64,000 bases of DNA from Anaerolineales bacterium. Its GTDB lineage: Bacteria > Chloroflexota > Anaerolineae > Anaerolineales > Villigracilaceae. Below the pieces are notes generated by a model. The model saw only the letters and a list, made by a program, of their open reading frames with translations, made no database searches and was not told the DNA's origin. Shown piece after piece: positions 61,593 to 64,000 of this stretch. The DNA lies in NCBI GenBank assembly GCA_034004515.1, contig JAVEWN010000006.1, positions 6,615 to 70,614 of the forward strand. Direction: 5' to 3'. Each line of letters begins with the position of its first letter. Position 1 is the stretch's first letter. The position numbers were made by a program, and so were the translations under genes.

Positions 61593-62117
61593 TTATTTCA
61601 GGATTTTCAGAACAGTTTGGACGGTGTTCAAGCCGAGACTATCCAGGCGCGCAACCGCGTTGGAGAGGGTATCCAGCGCGGCGAAGAAGTCCTTCAAGGC
61701 CCGCACGCGCTCAATCAGGAAGACATGCTCTGGCTCAGACGCCTCCGCGCCTGCTTCCAATTTCTCAAGCGTTTCAGCCACGGAGGCCACAGCCTGGTTA
61801 AACTCGTTATTCTGACGTTCTTTCAGGATCGAGCGAATGGACTTGTAAAAATCGGCTTCGGCCTGGTAATAATCCTTGCGGTCGCCCAGTCGCTGCACAG
61901 AATGGATCAGGCCCATCCGGGCCAGCGCGCGCACGTTGGTGCTGATCGCGCCTTTTGTCAGCCCGGTCTGTTGGACGAGTTCATCCAGCGAAAGCGGTTC
62001 GGGGGAGAGGTAAAGCACGCCAAAGATGGCCCCCACGCCCTTGGGCAGGCCCCAAAACTGGCTGATGCCGCTCATGCCGGTCACAAAGTTTTGTTTGATG
62101 TCTTCCAGTTCGCTCAT
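61593..62117 (-). CDS. GbsR/MarR-family transcriptional regulator
   Basis: WGLPKGVGAIFGVLYLSPEPLSLDELVQQTGLTKGAISTNVRALARMGLI is a winged HTH of the GbsR/OpuAR type. Confidence 0.8.
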   Translation of the reverse strand: MSELEDIKQNFVTGMSGISQFWGLPKGVGAIFGVLYLSPEPLSLDELVQQTGLTKGAISTNVRALARMGLIHSVQRLGDRKDYYQAEADFYKSIRSILKERQNNEFNQAVASVAETLEKLEAGAEASEPEHVFLIERVRALKDFFAALDTLSNAVARLDSLGLNTVQTVLKILK

Positions 62118-62134
62118 ACTGTCTCTTTCTGTTC

Positions 62135-62152
62135 GTTTAGTAACAACTAAAC
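62135..62152. promoter_or_regulatory. Candidate operator palindrome upstream of the GbsR/MarR gene
   Basis: GTTTAGT-AACA-ACTAAAC (7-bp perfect arms) lies 18-35 nt upstream of the ATG at 62117. Confidence 0.4.
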
Positions 62153-62225
62153 AAAGTATATATCAGTTTGTGTTGCATGTCAAGAGAAGAGAGATGCGTT
62201 TTGGTGGACAGTTGTGGTGGGCAAT

Positions 62226-62332
62226 GGTTTTCTCAAAGTCGATTGACTGTTGGGTACAAATAGGGCATGTCATTGCGAACCCGGCGTTCTTCAGCCGGGC
62301 GAAGCAATCACATTTCCGACTTTGAGAATGCC
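62226..62332. repeat. MITE-like element, short copy (107 nt)
   Basis: Same terminal inverted repeats as 22554-22712 (GGTTTTCTCAAAGTCG ... CGACTTTGAGAATGCC). 5 substitutions over the shared 107 nt. Lacks the 52-nt insert. Confidence 0.75.
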
Positions 62333-62478
62333 ATGTGTGGTTGGCCTGGCCGAAATTTCGTTCTCTCCCGTCCCGGGGTATAATTTTCCTGTCCGCTTGC
62401 TAACGTGATTGGGCGCAGAAGAACGCTTGGTCCCGTTCCGCAGCTGAACCTTTTCAAATTTTCACGAGGAGATTGACC

Positions 62479-62910
62479 ATGAAGGAACAGGAACAACCCA
62501 TTCTACAGGTCTTGGACCGCTATAAAGCGGCAGTCAACAAAAAAGATGTCGACGCATTCGTCGCTCTATACGACCAAGATGTAGTGGTTTTCGATTTGTG
62601 GGCCGAATGGTCTTATAAAGGTCTTCAAGCATGGCGAAGAATGGTGGTAGATTGGTTTGGTTCGCTGGGCAGTGAACGGGTAATGGTTGAGATAAATAAT
62701 GTCCAAGTAGTTACAGAAGATCGTATCGCAAGCGTCCACGCATTTGTCACCTTTAAAGGAGTTTCATCCGCAGGAGAAGAATTGCGGGCGATGCAGAATC
62801 GATTTACATGGATCTTGAAAAATAAAGAAGGTGTATGGAAAATCATCCATGAACATTCTTCCGCGCCTATTAATTTCGAGACATCAAAGGTTATTCTCCA
62901 GCATCCATGA
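62479..62910 (+). CDS. NTF2-like / SnoaL-DUF4440-type small protein
   Basis: ATG at 62479 after GAGGAG. The pattern VDAFVALYDQDVVVFD...WKIIHEHSS is typical of the ketosteroid-isomerase-like fold. Confidence 0.65.
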   Translation: MKEQEQPILQVLDRYKAAVNKKDVDAFVALYDQDVVVFDLWAEWSYKGLQAWRRMVVDWFGSLGSERVMVEINNVQVVTEDRIASVHAFVTFKGVSSAGEELRAMQNRFTWILKNKEGVWKIIHEHSSAPINFETSKVILQHP

Positions 62911-63010
62911 AGACACCCTTGAAATACAAAGCCGTCGGAAAAGCGCGTAGCGGACAGTAGAAATGCTGGCGGCCTACAAGCAATATTCTCCATTTTTTAT
63001 AGGAGCAAAC

Positions 63011-63319
63011 ATGTATGGTTTGATTGGAAAAATTAAAGCTGTACCCGGCCAACGGGATACGTTAATTTCAATTTTGATTAATGGCATAGCGGGCATGCCG
63101 GGCTGTGTAAGTTACGTCGTGGCACAAGATCAAGCGGATCAAGATGCCCTTTGGGTGACGGAAGTTTGGATAAGCGAAACGAGTCATCACGAATCGCTCT
63201 CCCTTCCATCTGTTCAGAAGGCAATTAGGCTTGGGAAACCTCTCATTGCTGGTTTTGGCGAACGGTTTGAGACAACACCGATTGGTGGCCAGGGGCTTTC
63301 TGACCACTCGATTTCCTAA
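63011..63319 (+). CDS. Antibiotic-biosynthesis-monooxygenase (ABM/Dabb) domain protein
   Basis: ATG at 63011 after AGGAG. About 100 aa with MYGLIGKIKAVPGQRD...CVSYVVAQDQADQDALWVTEVW, as in ABM-fold proteins. Confidence 0.7.
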   Translation: MYGLIGKIKAVPGQRDTLISILINGIAGMPGCVSYVVAQDQADQDALWVTEVWISETSHHESLSLPSVQKAIRLGKPLIAGFGERFETTPIGGQGLSDHSIS

Positions 63320-63409
63320 TAGTTCAAGATTAGCGTCTGATAGAAGACAAGGGCTTGACCACCAGACGAACGTGGCGAGCCGCGTAAAACGGTGATTTAC
63401 AGGCTGATA

Positions 63410-64000
63410 ATGAAAATATTGACTCAAAAAAATGTGCAGCCGCCCCAATTTCCCAAGCACATGCCGAGCGGGTTGCTTGCAGCGCTTGAGGACGATGGCG
63501 AGTATTCGACGCTTGCGTTGTCCGGCTGTAACTTGGCTAACTCGAAAGCATCTTATCTGCTCTTCGAACAGATTTTATTTCGACGGGTGACGCTCGGCCC
63601 ATCCCAACATACGAAACCTCGCTTTGTGGATTGCCAGCTTGAAGCTTCTGACTTATCGGGGATTGACTGGGAAAAAGCGCGCTTTCGCCGCGTCGAGTTT
63701 CTGGGCTGTCGACTGATGGGCGCGCAACTGCTCGATGCAGAATTCGAGGATGTCACCTTCAAGGATTGCAATTTGGAAAGCGCCGTTTTCTCATCGGCCA
63801 AGTTCAGCGCTGCCTGTTTTGAAAACTGTTTGTTGCCTGATGTATCTTTTGAAAGCACGGATTTATGCGGGGTAGTTTTCGATAACTGCGACCTGGCTCA
63901 AGCAGATTTGCGTCAAGCCAGGCTCAACGGCACAGATTTCAGAAGTTCACGCTTGGGCGGCATCCAGGTCGGCGCTCAAGAGCTAAAAGGAGCGATTGTG
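63410..64000 (+). CDS. Pentapeptide-repeat protein (partial, runs off the right edge)
   Basis: Hand translation from the ATG at 63410 is open to base 64000 (197 codons). It contains tandem A(D/N)LxX-type pentapeptides (CNLESAVFSSAKFSAACFENCLLPDVSFESTDLCGVVFDNCDLAQADLRQARLNGTDFRSSRL). Absent from the ORF track because there is no stop in the window. Confidence 0.8.
   Translation, partial: MKILTQKNVQPPQFPKHMPSGLLAALEDDGEYSTLALSGCNLANSKASYLLFEQILFRRVTLGPSQHTKPRFVDCQLEASDLSGIDWEKARFRRVEFLGCRLMGAQLLDAEFEDVTFKDCNLESAVFSSAKFSAACFENCLLPDVSFESTDLCGVVFDNCDLAQADLRQARLNGTDFRSSRLGGIQVGAQELKGAIV

Overview
64-kb GC-rich bacterial chromosomal window. Gene content and the short intergenic repeat families look Chloroflexota/Anaerolineae-like to me, but this is inference; no search was run. 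I call about 60 protein genes, roughly two thirds on the minus strand, and one tRNA (Gln-TTG). I found no rRNA, CRISPR array, integrase or transposase. Blocks from left to right: (1) Housekeeping genes: SET-domain protein, nadD, a long ArsR-type regulator with an FAD oxidoreductase, recO, cdd, glmU, tRNA-Gln. (2) An Opp/Dpp-type (family 5) ABC importer with two tandem lipoprotein binding proteins, two permeases and four ATPase genes. The second ATPase pair lies behind a terminator and is followed by a REC/Roadblock-like response regulator. (3) mscL, a 715-bp repeat-filled spacer, uvrD/pcrA, a sugar nucleotidyltransferase, an aminotransferase, a methyltransferase and a TspO-like protein. (4) 30.3-38.3 kb: six co-directional lipoprotein or membrane-anchored genes rich in beta-propeller repeats, ending in a peptidoglycan-binding domain. 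(5) 38.4-58.1 kb: a 20-kb all-minus-strand molybdoenzyme island. In transcription order it holds a sensor kinase, a DmsC-like membrane paralog, a NarL-type regulator, DmsABC-type oxidoreductase genes, a WD40 / three-CxxCH / FecR-like fusion protein, a TorD chaperone, a poly-ferredoxin, a radical SAM protein, tatA-tatC-tatA/B, a structured leader RNA (candidate Moco riboswitch), and an ECF-type transporter with a Moco-fold lipoprotein and mobB. (6) Prolyl oligopeptidase, an SDR, a GbsR/MarR regulator, small NTF2-like and ABM proteins, and a pentapeptide-repeat gene running off the right edge. The best candidates for something undescribed are the leader-controlled ECF module with the Moco-fold lipoprotein and MobB, the WD40-triheme-FecR fusion inside the dms-type operon, the DmsC paralog between kinase and regulator, and the six-gene surface propeller cluster. 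All functional calls come from motifs read by eye in the supplied translations. Start codons were refined by hand from RBS and signal-peptide logic.
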